Positions 61,417 through 64,000 of a DNA stretch of 64,000 nucleotides are shown here, piece by piece. The translations under genes and the position numbers were made by a program. This DNA is from an uncultured Planctomycetia bacterium. Lineage in GTDB: Bacteria; Omnitrophota; Gorgyraeia; JABMRN01; RBG-13-46-9. The DNA is taken from NCBI GenBank assembly GCA_964649665.1, contig CAZYPU010000002.1:5855-69854 (forward strand), in the 5' to 3' direction. The notes under the pieces were generated by a model. The model was given only the letters and a program-made list of their open reading frames with translations. It did no database searches and was not told the origin of the DNA. Position 1 is the stretch's first letter, and each line of letters opens with the position of its first letter.

Positions 61417-62633
61417 GTTTTTTTTCCGAAACCGAAGAGGCCTTTTTCCATACGCCGACTATAGGCGCATACCCTGTTTTTACCTGCTCTCTTTGCCTCG
61501 TAAAGGGCGATATCGGCCATGTGCATTAGCTTATCTTTGTCGGCGGTATCGTAGGGGAATGTAGAGATCCCGATGCTGACGGTAAGGTTTGGAGCGCCTT
61601 TCGGAAGCGCTCTGCCGGCGAAGGTTTCCTCGATGTGCTTTCTAAGCCGCTCGGAAATGGCAAGGGCTATTTCCGGGCTTGTATCAGGCATGATAATGGT
61701 GAATTCCTCGCCGCCGTACCTTGCCACAAAATCGACGTTACGCGATTTCTTGCTCAAAATATCGGATATTTTTCTGATCGCCGCGTCGCCTTCCCCGTGG
61801 CCCACGGAATCGTTATAGGACTTGAAGTTGTCTATGTCTATCATGAGGACGCTCAAATTTTTATCCCCGATCCTGCTTTCCTCAAGCTGTTTTGCCAACG
61901 TCTTGTGAAGTTCGCCGGAATTCCAGAGTTTTGTGAGCCAGTCTGTTTTTGAGAGATATTCCGTTTCCTCGTAGAGGCGTGAGTTTTCGATAGCAAGCCC
62001 CGCGTGGTTGGCGAACATTGCGAGTATTCGCATGTCCGATTTTGTTATCGGTTTCTTCGTAAAAATGTTGTCAACCAGGATAGCGCCGAGGGTTTTATCC
62101 TTGGATTTTAAAGGCACCGTAACGAAGAAGTCCGTGTTAAAAGCGTTTTTGATTACAGGAGAGACCATTTTCTTGGCTTCCTCGGTCGTTACCTCAAAAG
62201 GCATTCCCTCCAGTATCGTGAGGGCGAGTATCCCCATCTCCTCGGTCAGGGCGATTTTCACCCCTTTTACGAGAGTGTTTAATTTTGACTCGGAATCTTT
62301 GCGGAATTTATCATACGAATTAAGCAGATCCTCGAGGCTCAGCTTCTCTTCCTCTATGCCCTTCCAGATCCTGTCGGCCTCCTCGCCGGAATGCGGCCCT
62401 ATTCCCATTTTGCCCTCAAGGAAGCTTTCCTTTTCGTCTACGAGAAATATCATCGCGCGGTTAAAACCGAGGCCCTCGTGGGAAGTGAGCGCGGTCAATA
62501 TCATGTAGAAGCTCTGGTCGAGCTTGAGCGTCGTGCGCATTGCGTTGGATACCTCGTAGAGTATGCTAAGCTCGCGCTTTATTCTCTCTGAATCCCTGTG
62601 TCCAAAAGGCGGTATTGGTGCCATAACGAGCAT
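61413..62633 (-). CDS. GAF domain-containing diguanylate cyclase
   Basis: GAF-like N-terminal half and an intact GGDEF domain (RYGGEEF, SIGIS). Its stop overlaps the smc stop. Confidence 0.85.
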   Translation of the reverse strand: MLVMAPIPPFGHRDSERIKRELSILYEVSNAMRTTLKLDQSFYMILTALTSHEGLGFNRAMIFLVDEKESFLEGKMGIGPHSGEEADRIWKGIEEEKLSLEDLLNSYDKFRKDSESKLNTLVKGVKIALTEEMGILALTILEGMPFEVTTEEAKKMVSPVIKNAFNTDFFVTVPLKSKDKTLGAILVDNIFTKKPITKSDMRILAMFANHAGLAIENSRLYEETEYLSKTDWLTKLWNSGELHKTLAKQLEESRIGDKNLSVLMIDIDNFKSYNDSVGHGEGDAAIRKISDILSKKSRNVDFVARYGGEEFTIIMPDTSPEIALAISERLRKHIEETFAGRALPKGAPNLTVSIGISTFPYDTADKDKLMHMADIALYEAKRAGKNRVCAYSRRMEKGLFGFGKKT

Positions 62634-62693
62634 AGTGTAGCATAACGGGTATTCGTGTCAAGTGTTATCGTTGGGTAGGCGTTTCCTCGGTTT

Positions 62694-62829
62694 GTCATCC
62701 TGAGGCGCCCTGAAAGGGTGCCGTCTCCGACCCTACGGGTCGTAGACCCGGAGGGAAGGATCTTTCGTTAAGATTCTTCGGCACTGCGTGCCTTAGAATG
62801 ACAAGGGTGAAGGGCTCGCTCAGGATGAC
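62694..62829. repeat. family-2 composite repeat
   Basis: GTCATCCTGAG...CTCAGGATGAC with an internal TTAGAATGAC arm and the same 28-nt module ACCCTACGGGTCGTAGACCCGGAGGGAA (62730-62757) seen at 23802-23829. Confidence 0.7.
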
Positions 62830-62877
62830 ACAAGGAGAAAATAGGATAATGTAAAATATTGTGGGCACTTTCAACAT

Positions 62878-63013
62878 GTCATTGCGAGGTCTGCGAAGCA
62901 GACCGAAGCAATCTTTTCGTTTGAGATTGCTTCCTCCTTCGCCACATTGCTTACGCGTGTGGCTTCGGAGGACAAGTCGGCCACTATCGCTTGTAGGGCG
63001 GCCTCGCAATGAC
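62878..63013. repeat. family-2 repeat, extended copy
   Basis: GTCATTGCGAG-[GTCTGC gaa GCAGAC]-[CGAAGCAATCT...GAGATTGCTTC]-extra hairpins-CTCGCAATGAC. Confidence 0.75.
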
Positions 63014-63083
63014 GGAGAAGCAAAGTGCCCAATCATCTTGACGTTACTTGAAAACAGAAAGATATTGGACTTGGTTTGCGCTT

Positions 63084-64000
63084 ATGATACAATATTGCAC
63101 TGTGAAGAAGAAAGTCATATTCATAAAGGGCGCGAAGGAACATAACCTGAAGGATATTGATGTCGAGATTCCGCGAAACACGCTTTGTGTAATAACGGGC
63201 CTTTCCGGCTCCGGGAAGAGCTCACTCGCATTTGACACGATATACGCCGAAGGGCAAAGACGTTATGTCGAGAGCCTATCGAGCTATGCCCGGCAGTTTC
63301 TCGAGCAGCTCCAGAAACCGAACGTTGAATACATCGAAGGCCTCTCTCCCGCTATAAGCATCGAGCAGCGCACCGCCGGAGCAAATCCCCGTTCCACCGT
63401 CGGCACGCAGACCGAAATCTATGACTACCTGAGGCTTCTTTTCGCGAAGATCGGCCTCGCGCACTGTCCGAAATGCGGAAAAAAAATCACACGCCAGAGC
63501 TCCCAGGAAATTACGGAAAAAATATTGGAAATTCCGCGCGGCAGAAAGATCATGCTTCTTGCGCCCAAGATCAGGGGGAGGAAGGGTGAATACCGGGAAC
63601 TCTTTAACCAGTTGAGAAAAGACGGTTTCTTAAGGGCGCGCGTTGACGGAAAAGTAATAAACCTCGAAGACGAAAACGTCAAATTGCACAAAAATAAAAA
63701 ACATTCAATAGAGATAGTAATAGACAGGCTCGTTATTGCCGACGACGTAAAGAAGCGGCTTACCGACTCCGTTGAAACGGCTCTTGCGATGGGCAGCGGT
63801 GTTGTGATTGTGAATTCCGGAGGTGACATCCTTTTCAGCGAAAAAAACGCCTGCGTAACCTGCGGCTTAAGTTTCGAGGAACTCGCGCCGAGAGCGTTTT
63901 CCTTTAACAGCCCCTACGGCGCATGCGGCCTCTGCGGCGGGCTCGGAAATAAAATAGAAATAGACCCCGAACTCATAATACCCGATAAGTCAAAACCCCT
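63084..64000 (+). CDS. uvrA: excinuclease ABC subunit A, 3' end outside window
   Basis: Absent from the ORF track because it is open to the window edge. [60 protein letters not shown]. Start is either the ATG at 63084 or the GTG at 63102. Confidence 0.9.
   Translation, partial: MIQYCTVKKKVIFIKGAKEHNLKDIDVEIPRNTLCVITGLSGSGKSSLAFDTIYAEGQRRYVESLSSYARQFLEQLQKPNVEYIEGLSPAISIEQRTAGANPRSTVGTQTEIYDYLRLLFAKIGLAHCPKCGKKITRQSSQEITEKILEIPRGRKIMLLAPKIRGRKGEYRELFNQLRKDGFLRARVDGKVINLEDENVKLHKNKKHSIEIVIDRLVIADDVKKRLTDSVETALAMGSGVVIVNSGGDILFSEKNACVTCGLSFEELAPRAFSFNSPYGACGLCGGLGNKIEIDPELIIPDKSKP

Noticed and set aside
61411-61418. Convergent smc and GGDEF genes whose stop codons overlap on opposite strands (TTTAA).
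   Set aside because: The overlap is real but trivial. It leaves no room for terminators, yet it needs no special mechanism, and overlapping convergent stops are common in compact genomes.
13059-63013. The possibility that the recurring palindromic repeats form a CRISPR array.
   Set aside because: Copies are scattered singly across 50 kb and are not regularly spaced with unique spacers. They vary in length from 80 to 160 bp, and no cas genes are present.

Overview
This is a 64 kb, gene-dense chromosomal segment. Only two real genes lie on the minus strand. The source looks like an uncultivated diderm bacterium: it has a TolC-type outer-membrane protein and anaerobe-style metabolism (Bcd/EtfBA with ferredoxin-fused EtfA, the DapL lysine route, NadX).

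Core content, in order:
- the tail of a peptide ABC transporter
- a membrane protein/PEGA/GT2/glycoside-hydrolase polysaccharide operon
- two trehalose routes (otsAB and treT)
- leuCDB, asd, truA, rplM-rpsI
- a complete argCJBDFGH block running straight into lysA-dapFABL, folK, panC, nadA-nadX
- several small-protein genes, an IMPase, a GlcD-like oxidase, bcd-etfBA, smc, a GAF-GGDEF cyclase, and the start of uvrA

Unusual content:
1. A signalling block at about 16.9-23.8 kb, AT-richer in hand-sampled lines. It holds a wHTH-GHKL-STAS fusion protein behind a phased 10-bp operator array, a PAS sensor, a Cache-HAMP histidine kinase, several REC proteins, and a REC/Cys-rich/degenerate-GGDEF protein.
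2. Directly downstream, a HlyD-like/processive GT2/TolC operon with no conventional pump. I read it as a candidate tripartite envelope-spanning polysaccharide synthase-exporter.
3. Two families of strongly structured repeats. Family 1 is a set of 190-260 bp nested hairpins whose stems covary between copies. They sit right after operon ends. Family 2 is an 80-160 bp three-hairpin element, GTCATTGCGAG...CTCGCAATGAC. One copy is inserted in frame inside truA and another supplies the C-terminus and stop codon of argD.
4. argH is a gene-sized low-GC outlier inside the arg operon.

I saw no rRNA, tRNA, CRISPR array, transposase or integrase. All homology calls come from motif recognition by eye. No searches were run.
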